Translations under genes and position numbers: made by a program | The notes under the pieces: model-generated | What the model saw: only the letters and a program-made list of their open reading frames with translations | Database searches by the model: none | What the model was told of the DNA's origin: nothing | Assembly (NCBI GenBank): GCA_037444405.1 | Contig: JBBIML010000013.1 | Location: 1 to 64,000, forward strand | Origin: Armatimonadota bacterium | GTDB lineage: Bacteria; Armatimonadota; Fimbriimonadia; Fimbriimonadales; GBS-DC | DNA length: 64,000 nt | Reading direction: 5' to 3' | In this document: piece after piece, positions 40,142-49,899 of the stretch | Position numbering within the stretch: the first letter of the stretch is position 1 | Layout: every line of letters begins with the position of its first letter

Positions 40142-41530
40142 GTGATGGCGAGCCGATTGACCTTTCTGGGCGCAGCGGGCACGGTAACGGGCAGTAAGTA
40201 CCTGCTGGAGGTAGATGGAGCGCGCTACCTCATCGACTGCGGGCTGTTTCAGGGCAGCAGCGACTGGAAAGAGCGCAACTGGGAGCCGTTCGCCATCGAG
40301 CCAGCCTCCATCGATGCCGTGCTGTTGACTCATGCCCATCTGGACCATTCGGGCTATCTGCCGCGCCTGGTTCAGCAGGGCTTCTCTGGAGCCATCTATG
40401 CGAGTGAGGCGACCTGCGCCCTGCTGGAGATTATGCTGATGGATTCGGCGCACCTGCAGGAGCAGGACGCGGACTACGCCAATCGCAAGGGCTACAGCCG
40501 CCACAAACCCGCTTTGCCGCTCTACACCGTGCAGGATACTGAGGCGACGCTCGCCCTGCTGAAGCCTGTCGAGTTCCACACCATGCTGGAGCTGGAGGGC
40601 ATCCGCGCCTTCTGGTTCCCGATGGGGCACATCCTCGGCTCCGGTGCCATCGAAATCCAGCTCACCCGGACAGGGCGACGGATTCTGTTTTCAGGCGACA
40701 TCGGGCGCTATGAAGACCCCATCATGCGCCCGCCAACCGAGCATCCCGGCGCCGACCTCGTGCTGATGGAATCGACCTACGGTGATCGGTTGCACGATTC
40801 GCGTCCGCCGGAGCAGGTTCTGCGGGAAGCGGTCGGGCATATCCTGCAGACGCGCGGGGTTTTGTTGATCCCCGCCTTCGCGGTGGGGCGTACCCAGCAG
40901 GTGCTGTATCACCTGCGCACGCTGCAGCAGGCGGGACAGATACCGCCGCTGCCCGTGTTCGTCGACAGCCCGATGGCGCAGGATGTGACGGCGCTCTACT
41001 GCCGCTTTCGGGAGGATCTCAATCTGGAGACCAGCCCCGGCGGCGATTGTGAGGGCAGCCTGCCCCTCTACTGCTATCATACGAACTTCGTGCAATCGGT
41101 CGCCCAGTCCAAATCGCTCAACATGCGCGAGGGTCCAATGATTATCGTGGCAGGCAGCGGCATGTGCACGGGCGGTCGCATTCTGCACCATCTCAAGTGG
41201 CGCCTGCCCGACGCCGCCAACGCCGTGCTGTTTGTGGGCTATCAGGCGGAGGGCACACGCGGACGCATGCTGCTGGACGGCGCAGAACAGGTCACCATCC
41301 ACGGCGAAACGGTACCGGTCAGGGCTCGAATCTTTGAAACAAGCGCGCTCTCCGCGCATGCGGACCAGCGGGATCTGTTGCGCTGGGCAGGGGCGATCCG
41401 GCAGCCGCCTGAAACGCTCTATCTGGTGCATGGCGAAGATCAGGCACGCCAGACCCTTCAGGCGCTTATCACGCAACGGTTCGGCTGGCAGGTGGCTTTG
41501 CCCGACTATCTGCAGGCGATTGGGCTGTAG
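40142..41530 (+). CDS. MBL-fold/beta-CASP ribonuclease
   Basis: GAAGTVTGS, DCGLFQG, THAHLDH, ESTYG, GGRILHH, SAHAD, LVHGE. Confidence 0.9.
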   Translation: MMASRLTFLGAAGTVTGSKYLLEVDGARYLIDCGLFQGSSDWKERNWEPFAIEPASIDAVLLTHAHLDHSGYLPRLVQQGFSGAIYASEATCALLEIMLMDSAHLQEQDADYANRKGYSRHKPALPLYTVQDTEATLALLKPVEFHTMLELEGIRAFWFPMGHILGSGAIEIQLTRTGRRILFSGDIGRYEDPIMRPPTEHPGADLVLMESTYGDRLHDSRPPEQVLREAVGHILQTRGVLLIPAFAVGRTQQVLYHLRTLQQAGQIPPLPVFVDSPMAQDVTALYCRFREDLNLETSPGGDCEGSLPLYCYHTNFVQSVAQSKSLNMREGPMIIVAGSGMCTGGRILHHLKWRLPDAANAVLFVGYQAEGTRGRMLLDGAEQVTIHGETVPVRARIFETSALSAHADQRDLLRWAGAIRQPPETLYLVHGEDQARQTLQALITQRFGWQVALPDYLQAIGL

Positions 41531-41545
41531 GAGAAGAGGGTTGGC

Positions 41546-42859
41546 TCACTCCAGCACTCTATCGTACCGTATCAGATCGTCGTATCTCTCGCGCTCCACA
41601 ATCAGCCGCGCCTGACCCTCACGCACCAGCACCATCGCGGGGCGCGGGTAGCGGTTATAGTTGCTGCTCATGGAGTAAGCATACGCCCCCGTGGTCAGCA
41701 CGGCGAGCAGGTCGCCCTCGCGCGTTTCGGGCAGCCACGCACGCTCTATCAGCGGGTCGGTCTCGCAATGTTTGCCCAGCACACGATAGAGATGGTCATG
41801 GGGCAGGTGGGCGCGGTTCGCCAGCAATGCCGTGTAGACCGCGCCGTACATCTGCGGGCGCGGGTTGTCCGACACGCCGCCATCCACAATCAGATAGGTA
41901 TCGGGGCGGTCGGGTTCAGCCATCGGCACGCGCTTGACCGCGCCGACCCGATAGAGCGTGATGCCCGCCTCCGCAATCAGCGACCGCCCCGGCTCCACCA
42001 TCAGCATCGGCTCCGGGAACTGATGGCGCTCGCACGCTTCGCGGAGCGCGCTCACCAGCACGCGCGCATACTCGTCAATCGCGGGCGGCGGGTCATCGGG
42101 CGTGTAGCGCACGCCCAGCCCGCCACCCAGATTGAGGCACGGCGCGGTATAGCCCAGCTCGCGACGCACCTGAGCGGCGAAGGCGACCATCACCTGCGCC
42201 GCCGCCGCAAACGCGCCCAGATCATTAATCTGCGAGCCGATATGGCAGTGGAAGCCCATCAGGTTCAGGCGCGGCTCCTGGAGCACGCGCTGAACCGCCC
42301 GCAGCGCGTCCCCCGTTAGAATATGAAAGCCGAACTTGCTGTCACGTTGCCCTGTGCGAATGAGCGGATGGGTGTTCGCCTCCACTTCGGGCGCGACGCG
42401 AATCAGCACGCCCTGCCGTCGCATCGGTGGCAGCAGGGCGCAAAGCCGTTCAATCTCGGCGAAGTTGTCCAGCACAATCGCATCGATGCCCGCTTCCAGC
42501 GCCATGCGCAGCTCGGCGTCGGTCTTGTACACGCCGTGCAGATGGATACGCTCTGGAGGCACACCTGCCTGCAGCGCGGTGTACAGTTCGCCGCCGGAGG
42601 CGACATCCAGCCCCAGCCCCTCGTCGGCGATAATCTGGCAGATGGCGAGATTCAGCGCCGCCTTGCCCGCATAGAGAATCTGCACATCAGGCTTGAGCGA
42701 CTCGAACGCCCGCCGATAGTCCCTGCACCGCGTGCGCAGGGCAGCTTCGTCCAGCACATAGAGCGGCGTGCCGAATCGCTCCGCAAGCAGAACGGTATCA
42801 CAGCCGCCAACCTCCAGATGCCCCTTTGCGCTAATGCGCTGCGTGCCCAGTAAGAACAT
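41546..42859 (-). CDS. lysA: Diaminopimelate decarboxylase
   Basis: FGTPLY, YAGKA, SKFG, HCHIGSQI, GGG, EPGR, HCETD, SNYN. Confidence 0.95.
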   Translation of the reverse strand: MFLLGTQRISAKGHLEVGGCDTVLLAERFGTPLYVLDEAALRTRCRDYRRAFESLKPDVQILYAGKAALNLAICQIIADEGLGLDVASGGELYTALQAGVPPERIHLHGVYKTDAELRMALEAGIDAIVLDNFAEIERLCALLPPMRRQGVLIRVAPEVEANTHPLIRTGQRDSKFGFHILTGDALRAVQRVLQEPRLNLMGFHCHIGSQINDLGAFAAAAQVMVAFAAQVRRELGYTAPCLNLGGGLGVRYTPDDPPPAIDEYARVLVSALREACERHQFPEPMLMVEPGRSLIAEAGITLYRVGAVKRVPMAEPDRPDTYLIVDGGVSDNPRPQMYGAVYTALLANRAHLPHDHLYRVLGKHCETDPLIERAWLPETREGDLLAVLTTGAYAYSMSSNYNRYPRPAMVLVREGQARLIVERERYDDLIRYDRVLE

Positions 42860-43092
42860 GTTCAGGGGGTGAAGTCGCTCTTGCGCATCTGTAGCAATCC
42901 CAGCGCGGTCTTGACAGCTCCGATATTCGCCAGAAACTGCGCCACCTGCACCTCAAGCTCATGGTCGGGTTGCTTGATATAATCGCGTGGCATCGTTTCA
43001 TCTCTCCGCTGGTTGGATTCGGCGGATTGGTTCTGGCTCCTGCTCGAAAGAAAACTCTCCCGAAAGCCGGGAGAACTCCCTGCGAACATGGG

Positions 43093-43122
43093 GGTAGGGG
43101 CGACGCATGCGTCGCCCCTACC
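43093..43122. repeat. Perfect 30-bp GTAG-type REP palindrome
   Basis: ggtaggggcgacgcatgcgtcgcccctacc. Confidence 0.9.
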
Positions 43123-43179
43123 TGCGTACACGATGGCGCTCGGTTTGCCCGCAATTTAACCTGATTTGCTCCTGACCCC

Positions 43180-43207
43180 TTGACAATGGCGAAAAGTGTG
43201 TTATAAT
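43180..43207 (+). promoter_or_regulatory. Consensus sigma-70 promoter TTGACA-N16-TATAAT with extended -10 TG
   Basis: TTGACA 43180-43185; TGnTATAAT 43199-43207; SD AGGAGG before ATG 43271. Confidence 0.8.
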
Positions 43208-43270
43208 GGTAGAAGCCTACGCGCTTCCGGGTGCTGGGCTGGGAACACTCAAATGACAGGAGGTAAACCG

Positions 43271-44389
43271 ATGCGATGGACATTTTCTAATCGGGCATAC
43301 GCGCTTGTGAGCGCGATGGTGTTGTCTGTAGTGATGACCGCGGGTTGGTCGCAGAGCATCACCTGGCTCGGCACGCTCGGCGGCGTGGATAGCGAGGCTT
43401 GGGGCGTTTCAAACAACGCGCAAGTCGTCGGCAGGGCGCGCTTCTCCAACGGTCGTTTGCGCGCCTTTCGCTGGGCGAACGGGGTAATGTACGACCTCGG
43501 CACGATCGGGATTTCGAGCGAGGCGACCGGAATTTCGGTGGACGGCTCGGTGGTCGTCGGCTGGGGATCACCCTCAACAAGCAATCCAGGACCATTCGCC
43601 TATCGCTGGGTGGCTGGAGGGGCTCACAGCCTCGGCACGCTCGGCGGGAACGCGAGCGCGGCTTGGGGCGTTTCGGCAGACGGTTCGGTGATCGTCGGCT
43701 GGGCACGTTCCTCACCCAACAATCAGGAGCGCGCCTTTCGCTGGACGCAAAGCGGCGGGATGCGGAACCTCGGCACGCTCGGCGGGAACGCGAGCGCGGC
43801 TTGGGGCACCTCGGCGGACGGCGCGGTCGTGGTTGGCTGGGCGTTCAACGCCAGCGGTCAGCGGCGCGCCTTTCGCTGGACGCAGGCAACGGGGATGGTC
43901 GATCTCAGCACGCTCGGAGGCAACACGAGCGATGCTCGCGGCGTCTCGGCGGACGGCTCGGTGGTCGTCGGCTGGGCAGAAAACGCCAGCGGTCAGCGGC
44001 ACGCCTTTCGATGGGAGAATGGGGTCATGCAAGACCTTGGAACATTCAGCGGGAATGAGAGCATTGCGCAAGATGTTTCGGGAGACAGTTCGATAATCGT
44101 CGGCAGCGCAACCAACGCCAGCAATCAGAATCGCGCCTTTCGCTGGACGCAGGGCAGCGGACTGGAAGACCTGAACCTGACCTACGCCAGCCTGCTCACG
44201 GGCGGCTCAGTGCTGTACGATGCCCGTGGTATCAGCCCCGACGGGCGGTACATCGTGGGGGTTGGCTTCCACGCGGCGTCGGGGCGCAATGAGGCGTTCT
44301 TGCTGGATACTGTGCCTGAGCCTGCTTCGCTGATTGCGCTGAGCGCGGGTCTGGTGGGTCTGCTGGGCTGGCGTCGCCATCGGGCGTAG
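43271..44389 (+). CDS. HAF-repeat extracellular protein with PEP-CTERM sorting signal
   Basis: Signal peptide; repeats LGTLGG..A.GVSADGSVVVG..RAFRW; VPEPASLIALSAGLVGLLGWRRHRA. Confidence 0.9.
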   Translation: MRWTFSNRAYALVSAMVLSVVMTAGWSQSITWLGTLGGVDSEAWGVSNNAQVVGRARFSNGRLRAFRWANGVMYDLGTIGISSEATGISVDGSVVVGWGSPSTSNPGPFAYRWVAGGAHSLGTLGGNASAAWGVSADGSVIVGWARSSPNNQERAFRWTQSGGMRNLGTLGGNASAAWGTSADGAVVVGWAFNASGQRRAFRWTQATGMVDLSTLGGNTSDARGVSADGSVVVGWAENASGQRHAFRWENGVMQDLGTFSGNESIAQDVSGDSSIIVGSATNASNQNRAFRWTQGSGLEDLNLTYASLLTGGSVLYDARGISPDGRYIVGVGFHAASGRNEAFLLDTVPEPASLIALSAGLVGLLGWRRHRA

Positions 44390-44590
44390 CCCTCATCCCC
44401 TTGCCCCCTCTCCCCAGGCTTGTGGAGAGGGGGATTGCAAGACATAATAAGTGTCCGTGCATTAGATTTTCAACTGCTCCCCGTTTACGGGGGGTTGGGG
44501 GGCTGGCTCGGTTCAAGTCCGCTTGGTGTGCATAGCCAGCGTTTCGCCAGCCCTCACCCCCAGCCCCTCTCCCGCAGGCGGGAGAGGGGG
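44390..44590. repeat. Cluster of CCCTCAyCCC..CCCCTCTCC/GGAGAGGGG hairpin repeats between convergent genes
   Basis: Hairpins at about 44404-44433, 44477-44503 and 44564-44589; same family as 4218. Confidence 0.75.
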
Positions 44591-44619
44591 GCTATGTTGC
44601 TATTTTAGCGCAAAGGCAC

Positions 44620-45024
44620 TTAATACCAGTCCTCCACTACCAGGGCTGGAATCCGCTGGAATTCGTTAAGGTTGTGGGTTACCAGCACCAGCCCCCGTGA
44701 AAGAGCGACCCCTGCAATCAGCGTATCCAGCGTGCCGATTGCCATTCCTCTGCGTTCTAAGTCGGCACGAACCTCAGCTGCGTAGCGCGCTGCCGCATCA
44801 TCAAACGGCAACACCGTGATCCAAGCCAACAATTGTGCCAGTTGTGCCTGCAGGCGTTCTGGTTGACTCGACCGAGCTACGCCAACTTGCAACTCATATA
44901 ACGAAATCGTCGAGATCGCCACCTCTGTAGGTGGCGTTTGCAACAGGGAAGCTGCAACCCTACCCTGTCCTTTGAAAAAGTAGATCACTGTGTCGGTATC
45001 CAGCAGGAACCTAAGGTTGTTCAC
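44620..45024 (-). CDS. vapC: VapC PIN toxin
   Basis: FLLDTDTVI, YELQVG, IGTLDTLIAG..LVTHNLNEFQRIPAL..EDW. Confidence 0.9.
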   Translation of the reverse strand: MNNLRFLLDTDTVIYFFKGQGRVAASLLQTPPTEVAISTISLYELQVGVARSSQPERLQAQLAQLLAWITVLPFDDAAARYAAEVRADLERRGMAIGTLDTLIAGVALSRGLVLVTHNLNEFQRIPALVVEDWY

Positions 45025-45244
45025 GCGCGGACTCGACCTCCAGCGAACGACGCAGCTCGCCTGGCTCCGGGAAATCATCTTGCCAGGCGCCCACCAGTTG
45101 ACGCACGGACATTGGCCACGCGGTACGGCTCCAGTGCTGTAATAGCTCGGCAATCAGCGCATCGACACTGATGCCTCGCTCGCGCGCCTGCTGCTGGAGC
45201 TGCTCCAGTGTGTCCGGATCAATCTGCACGGTAATCGTGTGCAT
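45011..45244 (-). CDS. Ribbon-helix-helix antitoxin (VapB-like)
   Basis: TITVQID..LQQQARERGISV; overlaps vapC start. Confidence 0.8.
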   Translation of the reverse strand: MHTITVQIDPDTLEQLQQQARERGISVDALIAELLQHWSRTAWPMSVRQLVGAWQDDFPEPGELRRSLEVESAREQP

Positions 45245-46574
45245 AGGGCACCTCTGTAGAAGTGTACCCCATCGTGGGCTGGGAAAGTGGTGGATCCTGC
45301 CTCGCAAAGGCGCAGCGGTTGCCGGGTGTGTGAGTGGTTTGCAACCCCCACAATAACAGCGCGGCGTCAAAAGCGGTGACGCCAATCTGCGGGAGATAAT
45401 AATAATGCTCAAATGGGTGCAGGAACGCCATCGGCAGGAAGGTGATGGCTTGCCACAGGAGCGCACTGCCGATAAGCGTGCGCCATTGATAGAGCGCGAC
45501 CAGCACGCCCGCATACGCCAGCAGCATGAGCAGGTGATCCCAGGGTTCTCTGAACAGCCACAGCATCGGTTCGGGCAGCGCGGTTTGCCAGTAGGTGAAG
45601 TCGCCCACAGGCGGGAACAGCTCGCTGAAGTAGCTCCAGAGCGGACCCGCGAGGCTGCTGCGCAGCTGTTGCTGTTGATAGCGGCTTGGCTCGAGGGGCA
45701 CCAGCGCCAGTCGCAGGGTTATTACCACTATTGCAGCGGCAATCACTCCTGTGCAGAGGGCGCCTGCCGTTGCCCTGCCCCACGCCCTGCGGCGTGCAAG
45801 CGCGAGCGCAATCAGCAACGGCACCAGCGTGATTGCCTGCTCGTACGCGCCCAGCGCGAGCAGCAGGAGCAACAGTCCCAGCAGGCGCCAGCCCCATCGC
45901 CCCTGTCGCGCGCCCAGCAGCAGGCAGTAGACGCCCCAGATACTCAGCGCGGTCATCACGAGCGCGGTGCGCGAGGGCACCCAGCTGATGAGACGCTCAT
46001 AGCCCGTGCCCATCGCCCGCTCGAAGCCCCACAGCCACGCGCCAGCAATCAGCGCGAGCATCAGTACGCTTTTCCTGGGGGTCTGGGGGTGAGGGACAGA
46101 GCCAGCAAAAACCCCCACCAGCAACAACCCGCCCACGAACCACCAGGTAGACCATCCTTTGAAGAGCGCGGTCAAGCCCGTCTGCTGAAGGCTGAACAGC
46201 AGCGCGGTGATGCAGCCGAGCGCGTCCGCCTGCACGAAGCCGACCTCGCGGGCAAACGCGCGAACCGCCATCAACATCCCCAGCGCCGTCAGCAGCGTCA
46301 GCAGCCAGTTTGTGAGCCGATAGCCCCACGCACGCTCGCTATACAGCGTGTAATCGAGGATCAGCGAGAGGCAGGTGGTGGGACGATAGAAGCCGTTTTT
46401 AAGGAACCAGTCGCCCGTCAGCCAGCGCCCGATGCCGCGCCAGCCGCCCGAATCGCGCATCGCATCGAGCATGACGGCGGTGTCGGTATCGGCACGCAGC
46501 GCGGAATCGATAAAAACCTGTGGCAGGGCGAGCAGGTGCAGCCCCACAATCAGCGCAGCCGTCGCCCACAACAA
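45219..46574 (-). CDS. Polytopic membrane protein, GT-C-like glycosyltransferase
   Basis: GFYRP, YRLTN, YEQA, YYYLP and many TM helices; start uncertain (up to 46649). Confidence 0.55.
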   Translation of the reverse strand: MLWATAALIVGLHLLALPQVFIDSALRADTDTAVMLDAMRDSGGWRGIGRWLTGDWFLKNGFYRPTTCLSLILDYTLYSERAWGYRLTNWLLTLLTALGMLMAVRAFAREVGFVQADALGCITALLFSLQQTGLTALFKGWSTWWFVGGLLLVGVFAGSVPHPQTPRKSVLMLALIAGAWLWGFERAMGTGYERLISWVPSRTALVMTALSIWGVYCLLLGARQGRWGWRLLGLLLLLLALGAYEQAITLVPLLIALALARRRAWGRATAGALCTGVIAAAIVVITLRLALVPLEPSRYQQQQLRSSLAGPLWSYFSELFPPVGDFTYWQTALPEPMLWLFREPWDHLLMLLAYAGVLVALYQWRTLIGSALLWQAITFLPMAFLHPFEHYYYLPQIGVTAFDAALLLWGLQTTHTPGNRCAFARQDPPLSQPTMGYTSTEVPYAHDYRAD

Positions 46575-46575
46575 A

Positions 46576-46815
46576 CTATTTGCCTTTGAAAAAGTTTGCG
46601 TTCTTCTCAATATAATGGCGCCACTCGGGCGGCACTTCCGTATCCGCATAAATCGCGTTCACAGGGCACTCTGGCTCGCAAAGCCCGCAGTCGATGCACT
46701 CGTCCGGATGAATATACAGCTGGTCTTCCCCCTCATAGATGCAGTCGACGGGGCAGACCGCAACACAGGACTTATCTTTAACGCCGATGCACGGCTCGCA
46801 GATCACATAGGGCAT
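46576..46815 (-). CDS. fdxA: 7Fe-type dicluster ferredoxin
   Basis: [36 protein letters not shown]. Confidence 0.9.
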   Translation of the reverse strand: MPYVICEPCIGVKDKSCVAVCPVDCIYEGEDQLYIHPDECIDCGLCEPECPVNAIYADTEVPPEWRHYIEKNANFFKGK

Positions 46816-46871
46816 AGATTGACCTCCTTCGCGCCTCGATTATACCCCCTGCGAGCGTTCGTTGCACGCAG

Positions 46872-47765
46872 CTATTCGGCAGGCAGCCAGACGAAATCGG
46901 CTAACGAGGCGCGAATCTCCACAGGCGTCTGGCTGGGCGGCAGGCACACCAGCGTGGCGGCAGGCAGGTTCGCCTGCTGGCGCAGGCGCAGAGAGATGCC
47001 CACATCGTACATCACATGCCCGTTCCCCGCCAGAATCACGAAGATGAGGCGTGGCGAGGGCACGGTGCGCTGCAGATAGTGGAGCGCGCTCTGCGCCATC
47101 GCCGTGTCCCACAGCACCTGCGCCTCGTAGAACCGCTCATGCGCGGGGTCGCTGTGCCCCTCATGCCCCGCATGCTCCGTGCCCGGATGACCGCTCATCA
47201 GCGTGTTAAACAGCTGGCGATGGTCGCGCTGGCTCAAATCCAGTTGCGCGAGACCCATGCGCTCCGATTCGGGGATTGACGCCCAGCCTTTGAGCGCGAC
47301 CTGGCGCGCCAGCGCGCGCGGCACATTCAGCGCGACCAGCCGCAGCCGATGGCGACGCACCACCTCAAAAATCGGGCGATAGAGCGCGAAGTCGAACCCC
47401 CACTGACGCTGCCACTCGCTCTGTTCGATGAACTCCGACTCGCTCAGCCGATTGAGCGTCCAGAGGTTCAGCGGGTGCTGTTTGGTGCGATCGAACATCT
47501 CCATGCCGACAATCACGGAGCGTCCCTCCTGCACCAGCGCCTCAATCACCGCGGCTTGCATGCGATGGTGGCTCGCTTCGCTGTGAACCTCGCCAATCAG
47601 CAAAAAGGTGTGCGGTTCCACCGCCTGCGCTAGCTGGGCGAGCGAGACCCTGCGCCCACGCAGGGTCTCTATCAGCTCATTCGGGCGAGCTCTCAGGCGC
47701 CGGGCGCGTCGTGCAGGGTCGCCAATCTCCAGATTGTAAGGCGACGGCTCACTTTGCCAGAACAT
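46872..47765 (-). CDS. ChaN/PhuW family protein
   Basis: IGEVH..HH..Q, GMEMF, YRPIF, ALNVP, AQVLWD..MA, AGNGH. Confidence 0.8.
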   Translation of the reverse strand: MFWQSEPSPYNLEIGDPARRARRLRARPNELIETLRGRRVSLAQLAQAVEPHTFLLIGEVHSEASHHRMQAAVIEALVQEGRSVIVGMEMFDRTKQHPLNLWTLNRLSESEFIEQSEWQRQWGFDFALYRPIFEVVRRHRLRLVALNVPRALARQVALKGWASIPESERMGLAQLDLSQRDHRQLFNTLMSGHPGTEHAGHEGHSDPAHERFYEAQVLWDTAMAQSALHYLQRTVPSPRLIFVILAGNGHVMYDVGISLRLRQQANLPAATLVCLPPSQTPVEIRASLADFVWLPAE

Positions 47766-47831
47766 GGCTTTTCGATTCGGTTCCCGCAATCTGATTCCTG
47801 CCCTCACGAAGCAGGGGTACAATAGAGATTG

Positions 47832-48971
47832 ATGCGGTATCATCCGCTGTCGCCCGTGCTGTTTCTGGTGCGCAATCCGGGGCGGAGTTTGCCGTTGACG
47901 CTGGTGCTGACGCTCGCGGTGCTGACGATTGCCTGCGTGGTCGCGCTCCTGAACTCCATCGACCGCACGATTCTCAAAATCTACGATTACAATCGCTACT
48001 TTGCGGCGGTGACGCCGCGCGGGGGCGAGGAGCTGAAACCTGAACTGCGGGCGCTGGTGGAGCGGGCACCTGGCGTGGGCGAGGTGTATGAGACGGTGGT
48101 CTGCTTCATGACGGCGGAGACGATTGTGGGCAAGATGCCGTTTGTGATTTTCGGGCTGCCCCAGGACAAAATGGAGCGACTGGTGGCGCGGTGCGGGCTG
48201 GAGCTGGGCGCGGGACGCTACCCAGCGCCGGGCGCGCCTGAAGTCGCGCTCTCGGAGCCGCTGATGCGCAACAAGAAGCTACGCATCGGCGATGTGGTGC
48301 TGTCGCCACTGGTGCCCGATCAGTACGCGCCCGTGCCCGTGCGCGTGGTGGGCGTCTTGAAGGGCGATACATGGATGGCAATCACTTCCGAAGAGTTCAC
48401 GCGCCGCCACTTTTTCCCGCCGTTGCGCAATTTGCTGGTGTTAGCCGCCGATGTGCGACAGCAGCCCCAGCTGGATCGGTGGCTGCTAACGAATCTGAGG
48501 GGCAAGCAGGCGCGCGTCTGGATTTACGCCGAGCTGCAGCGGGAGACCCATCGCGCGTTTCGGAACCTCTACTTCATCACGGGCGTGGTGGTGCTGGTGG
48601 TGTCGCTGATGCTGGCGACGATGACGGGGCTGCTGGCGAACATCTATTTTCAGCAGCGGCTGGTGGAGTTCGGGCTGTTGCAGGCGATGGGCTACACGCG
48701 GCGCAGTTTGCTGGCGCGGGTGTCGGCGGAGACGGTGCTGGTGGTGCTGCTGGGCTGGGCGCTGGGCGTGCTGCTGGCGCTAACGACGCTGAGCTGGGCG
48801 AAGTGGGCGGTGATGGAGCCACGCGGACTCTATCTGGAGCCGCTCGACCCCATCGCCTACCGCTACACGCTGCCCGTGCCCGTGATGGTGCTGCTGTTCG
48901 CGCTGACGACCATCGGCTGGCGCCTGCGCACTTTTGACCCGGTGGCGATTGTGGAGCGCCGGATTGTTTAG
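47832..48971 (+). CDS. FtsX/MacB-like ABC transporter permease
   Basis: N-terminal TM, periplasmic GRYP domain, QQRLVEFGLLQAMGY, three C-terminal TMs. Confidence 0.8.
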   Translation: MRYHPLSPVLFLVRNPGRSLPLTLVLTLAVLTIACVVALLNSIDRTILKIYDYNRYFAAVTPRGGEELKPELRALVERAPGVGEVYETVVCFMTAETIVGKMPFVIFGLPQDKMERLVARCGLELGAGRYPAPGAPEVALSEPLMRNKKLRIGDVVLSPLVPDQYAPVPVRVVGVLKGDTWMAITSEEFTRRHFFPPLRNLLVLAADVRQQPQLDRWLLTNLRGKQARVWIYAELQRETHRAFRNLYFITGVVVLVVSLMLATMTGLLANIYFQQRLVEFGLLQAMGYTRRSLLARVSAETVLVVLLGWALGVLLALTTLSWAKWAVMEPRGLYLEPLDPIAYRYTLPVPVMVLLFALTTIGWRLRTFDPVAIVERRIV

Positions 48972-49078
48972 GCGCGCTTCTGGCTCTGGGCGGCTTTGAT
49001 GGCGGCGCGCCGTCGCGCCTTCAGGCGCTTCATGCGCCGATGGCGCCGCTGCCGCAGCTCGCGCTCGCGCATCCGCAT
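48968..49078 (-). CDS. 36-aa very basic small protein (DUF6800-like)
   Basis: MRMRERELRQRRHRRMKRLK...; strong SD AGGAGG. Confidence 0.65.
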   Translation of the reverse strand: MRMRERELRQRRHRRMKRLKARRRAAIKAAQSQKRA

Positions 49079-49092
49079 CGCTTTCACCTCCT

Positions 49093-49899
49093 TCACACAA
49101 TCACTTTGGCGTAGTCCAGCACATGCGGGCATGGGCAGTGGCGCTCGGTGGGGATTCGGGCAATCATCCCGAAAATCACCTCGCGAATGCGCTCCGCGTT
49201 CTGATGGAACACCTTCATCACCTCTTCGGCGGTCACGGGCTGAACCTCGCCCTCTGCCACCAGCCCGCTGTCGTAGTCGGTGATCAGTGAGATGTTGACC
49301 ACGCACATCGCCAGCTCCCGTGCCAGATACGCTTCGGGATACTGGGTCATGTTGATGACCTCCCAGCCCATCGAGGTGAACCATCGGCTCTCGGCTTTGG
49401 TGGAGAAGCGGGGTCCGTTGATGACCACAATCGTGCCGCGCTCATGCACGGAGATGCCACGCGCCCGAATCTCCTCGATGGCAATCTGGCGCAGCACGGG
49501 GCAGTAGGGGTCGGCAGGCGAGACATGGTGGACGGTCGGACCCTCGTAGAAGGTATCGGCTCTGCCGTGCGTGCGGTCGACATACTGGTCCGCGACCACG
49601 AAATCGCCTGGTTTGACATGGGCTTGCAGGCTGCCTGCGGCGCAGGGGCTGATGATGCGCGTGACGCCCAGCTCCTTCATCGCCCACAGGTTGGCGCGAT
49701 AGTTGATTTTATGGGGCGGGACGCTGTGCTGGCGTCCGTGTCGGGGCAGGAACGCCACGCGCCGACCCGCCACCTCGCCAATCGTGATGAGGTCGCTCGG
49801 CGCACCGTACGGCGTGTCGATCTTATACTGCTCCACATTCTCCAGAAACGAATAGAATCCGGAGCCGCCAAACACTCCGATTTCAGCGTAGGGTCTCAT
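49093..49899 (-). CDS. mtnP: S-methyl-5'-thioadenosine phosphorylase
   Basis: GGSG, DTPYG, RHGR.H..PPHKINYRAN, GPRFST.AES, NMT..PE, TDYD. Confidence 0.92.
   Translation of the reverse strand: MRPYAEIGVFGGSGFYSFLENVEQYKIDTPYGAPSDLITIGEVAGRRVAFLPRHGRQHSVPPHKINYRANLWAMKELGVTRIISPCAAGSLQAHVKPGDFVVADQYVDRTHGRADTFYEGPTVHHVSPADPYCPVLRQIAIEEIRARGISVHERGTIVVINGPRFSTKAESRWFTSMGWEVINMTQYPEAYLARELAMCVVNISLITDYDSGLVAEGEVQPVTAEEVMKVFHQNAERIREVIFGMIARIPTERHCPCPHVLDYAKVIV

Noticed and set aside
42860..43090. Lysine riboswitch upstream of lysA
   Set aside because: No recognisable L-box core or terminator
43360..44170. HAF repeats as a diversity-generating retroelement TR/VR pair
   Set aside because: No reverse transcriptase in the window; differences are not adenine-specific; ordinary propeller repeats
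44390..44590. Repeat cluster as a CRISPR array
   Set aside because: Units are non-identical hairpins with irregular spacing; no cas genes
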